Below, one piece after another: positions 8,688 through 16,526 of a stretch of DNA of 33,035 nucleotides. The stretch comes from Candidatus Poribacteria bacterium (GTDB lineage: Bacteria > Poribacteria > WGA-4E > WGA-3G), in NCBI GenBank assembly GCA_963663765.2, contig CAXXUA010000012.1, positions 1-33,035 on the forward strand. Direction: 5' to 3'. The notes under the pieces were generated by a model. The model was given only the letters and a program-made list of their open reading frames with translations. It had not been told where the DNA came from and did no database searches. The translations under genes were made by a program, and so were the position numbers. The number at the start of each line of letters is the position of its first letter. The first letter of the stretch is position 1.

Positions 8688-9179
8688 TCAAAATCTCCTT
8701 ACACGACGTTGTAAAGGAGATTTGTGAAAAAATAGCATGCCCAAAAAAGTTTGACAATCTCTTGCGTTTTTTGGTATACTATACACGTCAATGCACGAAG
8801 GCTTTACAATGTCGTTTTTTGGTATACTATACACGTCAATCCACGAACTCTTTACAATGTCGTTTTTTGGTATACTATACATGTCAATCTGCGAAGGCTT
8901 TACAATGTCGTTTTTTGATATGCTATGAACGTCAATCTGCGAACTCTTTACAGCGTCGTGTTTTGATACATCAATCCGCGAAATTCTCCTCACAAAGAAA
9001 TCGTGTTTTGATATGCTCGTATAAGACACTGTAGCATTTGTCTTATATACAAAATCCACGAAACTATGTGTCCAACAAAGCTCGTGATTTTTTGGGGTTG
9101 CCTGAAGGCAACCCTTCACTTTTTTATCTGACCACATTTTACCATTCCCATCTGTATTTGTCAACAAAAAGTTTGTCAT
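8688..9179 (-). CDS. Putative leader ORF with 16-aa repeats, stop codon adjacent to rep start
   Basis: GGAG upstream of ATG. DVYSIPKNDIVKPS-type repeats stay in frame. Junction reads TGA-C-ATG into rep. May be an incidental frame through the repeat array. Confidence 0.4.
   Translation of the reverse strand: MTNFLLTNTDGNGKMWSDKKVKGCLQATPKNHELCWTHSFVDFVYKTNATVSYTSISKHDFFVRRISRIDVSKHDAVKSSQIDVHSISKNDIVKPSQIDMYSIPKNDIVKSSWIDVYSIPKNDIVKPSCIDVYSIPKNARDCQTFLGMLFFHKSPLQRRVRRF
8691..8723 (-). promoter_or_regulatory. Hairpin sequestering the rep ribosome-binding site
   Basis: mRNA reads aaatctcctt(t)aca-acgtcg-tgtAAGGAGattt-tgac-ATG: a 13-bp stem with one bulge containing the SD. Confidence 0.75.
8751..8780 (+). 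promoter_or_regulatory. Near-consensus antisense promoter
   Basis: TTGACA (8751-8756)-18 nt-TATACT (8775-8780) with TG extended -10, directed opposite to the helicase-rep operon. Confidence 0.7.
8765..9020. repeat. 48-bp tandem repeat array (4 good copies plus 1-2 degenerate), iteron-like
   Basis: Units start at 8765, 8813, 8861 and 8909 (cgttttttggtatactatacacgtcaat..cgaa..ctttacaatgt), with degenerate units at 8957 and 9002. gaaggc/gaactc alternate, giving a 96-bp higher-order period. Confidence 0.95.
8787..9125 (+). ncRNA. Predicted ~340-nt antisense RNA to the rep leader
   Basis: Bounded by the promoter at 8751-8780 and the intrinsic terminator at 9095-9125; inferred, not observed. Confidence 0.45.
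9095..9125 (+). terminator. Intrinsic terminator on the antisense strand
   Basis: gggttgcc-tgaa-ggcaaccc followed by ttcactttttt; no U-tract on the minus strand. Confidence 0.65.
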
Positions 9180-9219
9180 AATTTGTCATCTCCGACCGAG
9201 AATCACACAGATTTTTCTT

Positions 9220-10953
9220 CTACCGCGAAGGTCGTAATTGCGTTCTTGTTTGTGCAGACATCTTTTTAATTTTTTCGCTTGCTGCTTTTTTGGTGGTTGG
9301 CGTATCTTCCTGAGAAACACCCCGCCAACGTAGCCAGCCGAGTTGTTTAGGAGTCGGTGGTTCAAAATCAATGAGCGTTGAAATGAGTGCTGAGGCATCT
9401 GCACAGTTCAACAGGTCTAACTCAGCGAATTCAAAATCAAACTTATCAGATAGTAGTTTTTTCTGTTTGTGAGTAGCTGATCTGGATCGCATTGAAAACG
9501 AAGTGCGAGATAAGGCTTGCATCAATCGTTTCCAAACAGCTTGAAAGTCGTGAGCTTCACCACAAATCCGTCTCAGTAGTTTTGTGTCAACTAACAAGAG
9601 CAGCCCTTCTGACAGACTTTCTGCGTCAATGTCGTCAGGCAATATGTCGTATTCAGCTTCTTTTTTTGCTATGAGTGCCTGTTTCGCATCTACTTTTACA
9701 CTTTCAAGTCTCTGTGATAATACGCTATGCAACGCTTGCAGGTGTGGTGCGCGGGCTTTCTGCCACTCAATCAACTCCAGTATAGACAGGTCTGGTCTGG
9801 TGAAGTGTAAATTCGCATACCCGCCAAAGATGCCGGATGCTGCCACAGAGATCAAATCACTCTGTCTGCGTTTGAATGCGAGATCAAGAATTAAGCAATC
9901 CTGTTTACCGGGTGCTTTCCGCAGTCCTCGCCCCACCATTTGTTGAATAAGTAATCCGCTCTTGGTAGGTCTTGCCACGACCAATGCGTCTATACAGGGA
10001 CAATCAAAACCTTCCGTCAAAACCATGCAATTGACAAGGACGCGTAGTTTTCCGTTTTCAAAATCGTGTAGTGTTTGTCTGCGTTGCTCCGTTGGTGTTG
10101 ATCCAAGCACACACCCTGAAGGGATACCCGCATCATTCAATATGTTTGTAGCTTCGGTAGCAGATGCTACATTTGGCAGGAATATCAGGATGTGTTTACG
10201 GTCGTTGAGTCTGTCAGCAATTACATGTGGGAGATTGTCTAAAAGTCCTCCCTCAGACATCGCTTCACCGAGTTGGTTTTTGTTGAGATCACCGACACTG
10301 CTTCGCACATGTGATATATCCACTCCAGCGTCATGTGTCTCGCACCGAAAATCTGAAAGATAATCGGGGATTAGGTCAGCAATAGAAAGACGGTATACCA
10401 CTTCGTCATAAATCTTATCAAGGCTTTCACCGTCCGTCCGTTCTGGTGTCGCGGTAACACCGAGCAAGGTTCGGTCAGGGTGGTGGTTCGGTTCTATTTC
10501 TTCAGCGTTAGAGACACCACAAGTGAACAGGTCTATCAAGCCGTATCTGTAGAACAATCTTCGGTATGAATCGGCTGTGCTGTGATGTGCTTCATCGCAA
10601 ATAATGAGGTCGTAATCGGTGGGGAGTTGGTGAAGTCGCGACCTGCGGGCAAGTGTCTGAACAGATGCGATTGTGATCTGTGTGTTGGTTTCGTTCTGCT
10701 GCCCCATCACTATCCCAACATCGCAAGACGGATCAAGATTTAGAAATGTGTTTTTAGTTTGTTGAATCAGTTCTTGACGATGTGCCAACACCAAAGTTTT
10801 GAGGTTGTGCTTACGAGCGTAAGACGCAAAGATCACCGTCTTACCGCCGCCTGTAGGGATAACGATTGATTTTCGGGTGGCTTCGGAATTGTTAATAAGG
10901 TCTACACACTCATGCTGATATCCTCTCAGTTCGAGTGTTTTGTCTGTGTTCAT
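9220..10953 (-). CDS. SF2 DEAD/DEAH-box helicase (ResIII + Helicase_C; Irc3/RadD-like)
   Basis: LRGYQ, PTGGGKT, DEAHH, TATPER, LTEGFD, QMVGRGLR; C-terminal paired (A/P)T.KQ...AS..I repeats; RBS AGGAG before MNTDK. Confidence 0.93.
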   Translation of the reverse strand: MNTDKTLELRGYQHECVDLINNSEATRKSIVIPTGGGKTVIFASYARKHNLKTLVLAHRQELIQQTKNTFLNLDPSCDVGIVMGQQNETNTQITIASVQTLARRSRLHQLPTDYDLIICDEAHHSTADSYRRLFYRYGLIDLFTCGVSNAEEIEPNHHPDRTLLGVTATPERTDGESLDKIYDEVVYRLSIADLIPDYLSDFRCETHDAGVDISHVRSSVGDLNKNQLGEAMSEGGLLDNLPHVIADRLNDRKHILIFLPNVASATEATNILNDAGIPSGCVLGSTPTEQRRQTLHDFENGKLRVLVNCMVLTEGFDCPCIDALVVARPTKSGLLIQQMVGRGLRKAPGKQDCLILDLAFKRRQSDLISVAASGIFGGYANLHFTRPDLSILELIEWQKARAPHLQALHSVLSQRLESVKVDAKQALIAKKEAEYDILPDDIDAESLSEGLLLLVDTKLLRRICGEAHDFQAVWKRLMQALSRTSFSMRSRSATHKQKKLLSDKFDFEFAELDLLNCADASALISTLIDFEPPTPKQLGWLRWRGVSQEDTPTTKKAASEKIKKMSAQTRTQLRPSR

Positions 10954-11044
10954 TGATAATCTCCTGTTGATAGAAAATAGGAGAACCAATGCACTGCCAC
11001 CAGTTTACTATAAGTAAATATTTTTCTGCTTGGTGAAAATTCAT
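10910..11044 (-). CDS. Small 44-aa ORF upstream of and overlapping the helicase start
   Basis: AAGGAG-7 nt-ATG (MNFHQAEKYLL...), first ORF after the promoter at 11113-11141. Confidence 0.4.
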   Translation of the reverse strand: MNFHQAEKYLLIVNWWQCIGSPIFYQQEIINEHRQNTRTERISA

Positions 11045-11112
11045 TGTTTTTCTCCTTAAACTTAAATATACTTGAATATTGTCAGTATCCAAAGTTCCAT
11101 TAAACTAATACC

Positions 11113-11141
11113 ATTATACCATTATCTTGTTTCATAGTCAA
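11113..11141 (-). promoter_or_regulatory. Consensus sigma70 promoter of the helicase-(leader)-rep operon
   Basis: TTGACT-17 nt-TATAAT with TG extended -10. Confidence 0.8.
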
Positions 11142-11558
11142 GGAGAAAATTGCATCAGACGCATAATATAACAATCAAATACAACTTATCATAACGTGAA
11201 CCTATCACGCATGTATACCTAAACAAAAAACCGCATCGGATTACCGACACGGTTCTTTGTAAGTTTAAGGCACGACTAGGGGTCGTGTTAGGCGGTTGTG
11301 AGGTTTTAATACAACCTTGACGAGTTGCGTGTATAGCGGCTGACAAAGTCCGCGACAAATCGTCTACAACATAGTATGCCATAACCACCCCACTGTTGCA
11401 ATCCAATTTTTTCGTTATTTCTGTCGTATACCATGCATTTTTATGACAAAACATGCTCATTTTCCGTGTTTTTGATGTGTGTCTACACCCTGTTATGAAA
11501 TGTATAATATAGCCATGATACCAGTTGTTTGGTGCGTGAACCTTAGCCACAAAAAATA

Positions 11559-11579
11559 TTTGTTAAGAAACTTAACAAA
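11559..11579. promoter_or_regulatory. Palindromic site, possible operator
   Basis: tttgttaag-aaa-cttaacaaa. Confidence 0.35.
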
Positions 11580-12067
11580 GTTCAGATTCGCACTCACGGA
11601 AATCCGTTATTGTTCTGTGGAATCGTCCACTCTCGCGCGGTTAGGCGGACGTGCTGCCATCCAAACAAGGAGTCAGAGCAGCGCGCTTTTGACTGCGTAT
11701 CTTTGACAATGGGGGTGTCTATTAGGAGTCCGTTGTATCGTTTTTCTGATGGGGGCATTGGTTACCTCACGGTAATCGTCACAGAATTCTTTGAGTTCAA
11801 AATTGACAGATTTCGGGTAATTATTGGAATCTGGGTACTCAAATTGTCCCATTTTAGCAAACTACCACATGCTATCCATCCCAAAGCGTCAACGTATGTA
11901 AAATTAGTGTTTTAGTAAAGGGGTGTTCTAATAAAAGCGTTGTAGGGCATTCTGAGCATTTTTAATTTCGGGACAAACTTTGCGAAAAGTGGGTTAGATA
12001 CAGGGGACTGCCGGGCGGCTTTTTTTATCTGCGTGAACAAAAAAGTAGAGTTGCAAGTCTACAATTG

Positions 12068-12441
12068 GATATAAGGCGGGCGGAGGTGAGCCGCAAAAGC
12101 ACGCTTTAGTGTGTGTTGCGTGCGAGTCGTAGCCCGCCGAAGCAGCGAGGCGGTGTGTGTGCAGTGTGCAGCAAGCCCGCAGCGTTTGCGTAGTCTGCCT
12201 GCTGGTGCAAGGGTGCGTTGCGTATTCTCGCATCTAAACCCGCAGCAAGCGTCGCGTCTGTGGAGTTGCCGTAGTGTAGTGGAGCGAGTCCCCGCAGTCA
12301 AAGCGCAGCGGTGCCAAGGGGACGAAAAGCGGAACGAAACGGAGGCTATGCCACATAGCGCAAGCGTCCAGCACAGCAGACGGAGCAATAAGCAAGTGGC
12401 GCAGCAAACCTGCTAAGCACGCGCCGTCGCGGTGATGTATC
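12068..12441 (+). other. Branched hairpin element B, homologous to element A
   Basis: Stems ggcgggc (12075-12081) / gcccgcc (12132-12138), gcacgc/gcgtgc, gtcccc (12288-12293) / ggggac (12318-12323). Shares ordered motifs with A: caagcgWcgcg..tgtgga, gtgtag, gtcaaagcgSagc, cggaRcgaaacg, ccacaKagcgcaagc. Confidence 0.65.
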
Positions 12442-12453
12442 AGGAGAATTGAC

Positions 12454-12630
12454 ATGTCAGAGGAAAAGAAAAGTACTCTTAGTGATAAGGATATAGATCG
12501 TATAATTAGAAGAGTTGCCGTGGACTCCAATTACTCTAAGGTGGAGATAAACGCGGATGCCGGTAGTAACAGACGAGAGAATACACTACTAAAACTTTGG
12601 ATACGCCAAAATACGTGCCTTGTGTGCTAA
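12454..12630 (+). CDS. Small 58-aa protein (below ORF-track cutoff); only credible plus-strand gene
   Basis: AGGAG-7 nt-ATG; MSEEKKSTLSDKDIDRIIRRVAVDSNYSKVEINADAGSNRRENTLLKLWIRQNTCLVC*. Confidence 0.45.
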   Translation: MSEEKKSTLSDKDIDRIIRRVAVDSNYSKVEINADAGSNRRENTLLKLWIRQNTCLVC

Positions 12631-12655
12631 ACACGCGCTGTCGTGATACTTTCAC

Positions 12656-12967
12656 CTAATCATCTGTCGGTTCACTTAATCTTGATGTTTGCAATTCGTC
12701 TATTTTTCCGACATCTGATGTCGCTACCTTCCAGCTTACTTTGATGAACACAACGAATAAGACAATTGGAATGATGATATCTACCATAGCATGCAATATG
12801 TGGTACATGTGATATCCTAAGTTGTAAAGCCCTGATGTCCAATGATCTATTTCTTCTTCCGTAGGCACCATGACTTGCTTCTGAATTTTGACTGCTGTGA
12901 TATGTCCAACGTATTTTAGATAAAGATTGGCGTCATTTGTTATAGTTTTTAACCATCCTTTGCCCAT
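12656..12967 (-). CDS. Hypothetical single-pass membrane protein
   Basis: Strong RBS AAGGAGGTG; hydrophobic stretch IIIPIVLFVVFI. Confidence 0.75.
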   Translation of the reverse strand: MGKGWLKTITNDANLYLKYVGHITAVKIQKQVMVPTEEEIDHWTSGLYNLGYHMYHILHAMVDIIIPIVLFVVFIKVSWKVATSDVGKIDELQTSRLSEPTDD

Positions 12968-13055
12968 GGTACACCTCCTTTGCGCTTGAAACGCCCAAAG
13001 GGTATTGTTTTTCTCTCCATTACGCGGTCATTTCAAATTTCCTTTCAAATACCAT

Positions 13056-13598
13056 TTACCAAATTATATGCGGATCACCCGGAGCTATAAACGGGTCGGA
13101 TGATCTGAAAAATGAATTAGTCGGTTTGCTCCAATCGGGTATATTAACAGATATTAGATCTACATCTTCAGGTAAACGCTTATTTAACACAGGATTAAGT
13201 ATAAGCCCGAGATATTTTTCTATACCGGGAAGTGGATTCGTAGATTTCAATAGTTCTGTTGCACTGAATCGGTTTAGAGTGGGGTATCTGGATGGATTTG
13301 CGCGCACGGGATGCAATGGTGGAATTGCCCACGTTGCATATAGTCCATAATCTTGAAATTCTGGTTTACTGAGATGTTCTCTGAATCTCTGTTTAATATA
13401 CCCGCTTCCTACATACAAGGTTTTGTCGTTATGAAGACCTTCCCAAATGATATAAACGCCGCTAACATCAAGTTCAAGGATTTTAAACCCGATCTGAAAC
13501 TTATGTGTAAGACGTGGATCGTTTAAGAGTTCTGAATTGAAGCGGCACCAAAGCAAATTATATTTATCCTTTTTCCAATTTACGTTCATAGATTCCAT
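13056..13598 (-). CDS. GIY-YIG-like nuclease
   Basis: SGVYIIW...LYVGSG.IKQRFREH...GIE...P..N; strong RBS AAGGAGGTG. Confidence 0.75.
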   Translation of the reverse strand: MESMNVNWKKDKYNLLWCRFNSELLNDPRLTHKFQIGFKILELDVSGVYIIWEGLHNDKTLYVGSGYIKQRFREHLSKPEFQDYGLYATWAIPPLHPVRANPSRYPTLNRFSATELLKSTNPLPGIEKYLGLILNPVLNKRLPEDVDLISVNIPDWSKPTNSFFRSSDPFIAPGDPHIIW

Positions 13599-13621
13599 GA
13601 GGGCACCTCCTTAAAAGTTGC

Positions 13622-13647
13622 GGGTCGCCAGTTTGAACTGACGACCC
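13622..13647 (-). terminator. Intergenic hairpin / probable terminator
   Basis: gggtcgccagtt-tg-aactgacgaccc, just after the stop codon at 13661. Confidence 0.5.
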
Positions 13648-13660
13648 ATTTGTAATACCT

Positions 13661-14101
13661 TTATTCTTTTGAGTTCTCCAGTGATTTCTCCTGCGGTTGT
13701 GTTGGCGGGGGTTCTGTGAACTCCTCGCCCCGAGCTTCCGCTTCTTTTCGCCTATGTTCCCACGCTGCGATCTCGCGGTAAACCTCCGCTTTGGCTTCTG
13801 CTTTAGCTGCTTCTATCCGTTTCTCACGTCTTGCTTCAATAAAGTCTGATAATAACATGATCAGGTCTATGCCTCCGATTATCATTGCGGCGAATGCCGC
13901 ACCCACAGGTATAAATGCGGAAATATCTTTTGTGACATTTTGAACGGATACGTGTCCCTTCCAGCCTTGTGTGAGTTCAAAGTCCAGTGCAATGTATCCG
14001 TATATGAGAGCAAATAGAGAAATTAGGAATAGAGCAACGCCTGTTTTTCCTGTTCTCCAGAAGTCTCGGACAGCTTTCCAGAAGGTTCTAATCTGTTTCA
14101 A
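13661..14101 (-). CDS. Hypothetical membrane protein, two TM segments and charged C-terminal tail
   Basis: TTG start with GGAG RBS; two hydrophobic helices; AKAEAKAEVYREIAAWEHRRKEAEARGEEFTEPPP. Confidence 0.8.
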   Translation of the reverse strand: MKQIRTFWKAVRDFWRTGKTGVALFLISLFALIYGYIALDFELTQGWKGHVSVQNVTKDISAFIPVGAAFAAMIIGGIDLIMLLSDFIEARREKRIEAAKAEAKAEVYREIAAWEHRRKEAEARGEEFTEPPPTQPQEKSLENSKE

Positions 14102-14125
14102 AATGTGCTCCGCTGTGTTGTGTAC

Positions 14126-14154
14126 AATATAACATATTTTAGATTTTAAATCAA
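14126..14154 (-). promoter_or_regulatory. Promoter of the membrane protein gene
   Basis: TTGATT-17 nt-TATATT with TG extended -10. Confidence 0.55.
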
Positions 14155-14250
14155 GGTGAATTCCAGTTGTCGTTTGTTGCCCATCTGCGTATTGTGCGTG
14201 GTGCCCCGTCTTTTTGGAGTCATAAGCAGTATTTGAACATTGATAGCCTT

Positions 14251-14988
14251 TTATGCGGTGCGTGTTATCCGCTGTATCTTGTCCTTTTCCAGTGAGGTTA
14301 AGTCGTAGCCTCTGGTGGCAAGTTCAAGGAATAGTTTTTCGTCGCTGAAAGTCTTGAGTGAACTGCCTAAAATGTCCCTTATGTGCAGTTCAGAACTTAT
14401 TGCCATCGCTTCAACAGCAGCACGGACATTTTGATAGTTGACACCGAGATATTTCTGAGTTGTCGTGATGTTCTTATGCCCAAGCATCTCTTGCACCGCA
14501 TAAATATCACCGGTGCGATCATAAAGCCGTTGAGCAAATGACTTACGCATTGAATGTGTCGCGAGTTTTCCGTTCAATCCAGCCAACTCAAAAGCCTTTT
14601 TCAAAACATCATGAGCAGCGCGTCTTGACATCTTGGTGCTGCCTTGTCCGTTACGAGAGGGGAATAATGGTCGTTGCTTTGCGATGCTCTTGTATGTCTT
14701 GCGATGCCATTTCACAACATCACTGATCGCTGCTCTACCATCAGAATTCACCGGGACAGCACGGGAGTGTTCCTTGCCCTTGACTATAGATTTATCAAAA
14801 AGCATGTCTCTCACCGGGGATCCATTCTGGTAGACATCTCCGATACATAGGCTTAGCAGCTCACTGATCCGTCCGCCTGTAGACACGCCAATAAGAAAAA
14901 GCGAACGGTTGCGAATTTGGTAAATGCCGTCAAAACATTCAGAGACCTGCCGAATTTCATTGTTGTCAAGAGGTCTTGTGCCTTTCAT
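14251..14988 (-). CDS. Tyrosine recombinase (resolvase-type, catalytic domain only)
   Basis: GGRISELL (R), HSMRKSFA (HxxR), LGH, TQKYL (Y); GAGG RBS. Confidence 0.95.
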   Translation of the reverse strand: MKGTRPLDNNEIRQVSECFDGIYQIRNRSLFLIGVSTGGRISELLSLCIGDVYQNGSPVRDMLFDKSIVKGKEHSRAVPVNSDGRAAISDVVKWHRKTYKSIAKQRPLFPSRNGQGSTKMSRRAAHDVLKKAFELAGLNGKLATHSMRKSFAQRLYDRTGDIYAVQEMLGHKNITTTQKYLGVNYQNVRAAVEAMAISSELHIRDILGSSLKTFSDEKLFLELATRGYDLTSLEKDKIQRITRTA

Positions 14989-15129
14989 GTTTACCTCAAT
15001 GTATTCTGTGTGTGATTCATGATCACAGACCTGAATAATTACGAATCCTTAAAACTAAATACCCTGAGCTGTTTCTCGCTATAGGGATGTACTAAAAAAG
15101 TGAAATTTGAAAACATGCCGTAAAGCCTA

Positions 15130-15306
15130 TGCCTACGCAATTCAGTCAAAAATGCCGATGGTCACTTTTTTAGTACCCTCCCCTAATTTGATACCTATAA
15201 ATCGGGGTTGGAAACCCCTCCAACATTTGGTGGGAACTGCCTACGCAATTCAGTCAAAAATGCCGATGGTCACTTTTTTAGTACCCTCCCCTATTTTGAT
15301 ACCTAT
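15130..15306. repeat. 69-bp direct repeat (1 mismatch) flanking a REP-like hairpin
   Basis: tgcctacgcaattcagtc...gatacctat at 15130-15198 and 15238-15306; spacer contains ggggttggaaacccc. Confidence 0.9.
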
Positions 15307-15368
15307 TATATTTTGTCAAATTACAACTATTCTAACCAAATCTGATCGGCACTGTCTGTGAAGCACAA

Positions 15369-15392
15369 GCCCCAACCTTTAGGTTGTGGGGC
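15369..15392. terminator. Hairpin at the end of the HTH gene; resembles an IS200/IS605 subterminal hairpin
   Basis: aagccccaacc-ttta-ggttgtggggc. Confidence 0.4.
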
Positions 15393-15393
15393 A

Positions 15394-15792
15394 CTATGAC
15401 GATTCTTTGGCTAAACCTAAAAAGCGAACCAAATTAAAAGGCGGCTTTGGCAACATCAGCATTTTGCTTTTTTCTTGCTCTATTTTTAGCATATTCATCA
15501 GCTGGTTCTCTCGTTCATTTGACTGTTCAAGCTGAGATTTCAGATCCCTTACCTGCACTTCCAGTAAATCAACAACTTTTGCTGTGTCATTACCTGCCAT
15601 TTCATTGTCATTGACCTGTTCATTGACAGGTTTTAATCTCCCATACACACGTTCAAGCTCTGCGGGATCTATCAGGTTTCTCCCTTTCTCGTCTTTGGTA
15701 GCTGACAACTCACCCTCACGGATAGCACGTCGCAGCGTTGATTCCGACACGTCTACCAGTTCCAGCGATTCTTTGATCGTTATTTTTGACAT
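15394..15792 (-). CDS. HTH + coiled-coil plasmid DNA-binding protein, copy 1
   Basis: ITIKESLELVDVSESTLRRAIREGELSA..IDPAEL (HTH_17/MerR-like); coiled coil LLEVQVRDLKSQLEQ; amphipathic end FNLVRFLGL. Confidence 0.85.
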   Translation of the reverse strand: MSKITIKESLELVDVSESTLRRAIREGELSATKDEKGRNLIDPAELERVYGRLKPVNEQVNDNEMAGNDTAKVVDLLEVQVRDLKSQLEQSNERENQLMNMLKIEQEKSKMLMLPKPPFNLVRFLGLAKESS

Positions 15793-15806
15793 ATCCAATA
15801 CCTGCC

Positions 15807-15825
15807 ATTCAAATAGTATTTGAAT
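15807..15825. promoter_or_regulatory. Palindromic operator upstream of the HTH gene (also present before copy 2)
   Basis: attcaaata-g-tatttgaat, overlapping the -10 of a minus-strand TTGACA-18 nt-TACTAT promoter. Confidence 0.55.
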
Positions 15826-15957
15826 ATATCAACGTCTGTCAATGCCATTTGATACATATTCTATGAGTGTGATGCACAGGGAGTATGTCAGCGCATCAAA
15901 ATGTCGGCTGAAAAGGTAGTGTAATATTACCAATTATTGCGTAAATGCCACTAATTA

Positions 15958-16194
15958 GAAATAAATGTTGTATATCAACTGAATAAATGTTGTCTTTCAA
16001 CTGAAATAAATCAGTTGACAGCAGTGAGCAAAAGATGCGTTTGGTTGTATCAACTGAAATAAATCAGTTGACATATTTCAAAATGTCGGACTCTATGCTA
16101 TCAGGACTCAAAATGCAGTTTGTAGGGTATCAATTAAAAAAGGGGTCCGATCTTACAACTACAGGTGAGCAAAAAGTATATTTGGGTGTATCAT
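15958..16194. repeat. AT-rich cluster of direct and inverted repeats (centromere- or origin-like)
   Basis: tcaactga-aataaa-tcagttga at 15997-16018 and 16050-16071; ataaatgttgt...tcaactga twice; gtgagcaaaa...tttggKtgtatca twice. Confidence 0.75.
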
Positions 16195-16454
16195 CACACT
16201 TTCGCTTGTTGAACATATTTGAGAAACTCTTTCGCGTATTCTACAATCTCATCGATTTCTGCCCAATCCATGATCTCTTCGTCATCATTAGCAGTGTAGT
16301 TATACATATATTCCTGCTCATCCGCGGAAGTCTGCACAGAGAAGAACAACACTTGCCCTGTAGCGTCTTCTCCTTGTAGCCATTTCCAAACCGTCTCGCC
16401 ATCTTCTTCAGTGATCACGTCGGGGTCCCCCAGCACAGTTATTAACCTTTTCAT
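16194..16454 (-). CDS. Small highly acidic protein (86 aa)
   Basis: GGAG RBS before MKRLIT; 21 D/E versus 6 K/R by hand count. Confidence 0.75.
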   Translation of the reverse strand: MKRLITVLGDPDVITEEDGETVWKWLQGEDATGQVLFFSVQTSADEQEYMYNYTANDDEEIMDWAEIDEIVEYAKEFLKYVQQAKV

Positions 16455-16526
16455 GTGAATCTCCATTTTAGGAAGCATGTTAATATTTCTTGGCAATCTT
16501 CTATTATTTTAACTGATGTCCTACGA

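Noticed and set aside
8765-9020. CRISPR array
   Set aside because: Units abut with no unique spacers and there are no cas genes.
4956-10363. Many plus-strand ORFs antisense to rep and the helicase
   Set aside because: Shadow frames of long genuine minus-strand genes.
11155-11550. 131-aa minus-strand ORF
   Set aside because: No convincing RBS or motif; left uncalled.
11994-12530. Four overlapping ORFs across element B
   Set aside because: Stop-poor GC-rich hairpin sequence with unnatural composition.
15362-15392. Intact IS200/IS605 element
   Set aside because: Only one end-like hairpin; no tnpA or tnpB.
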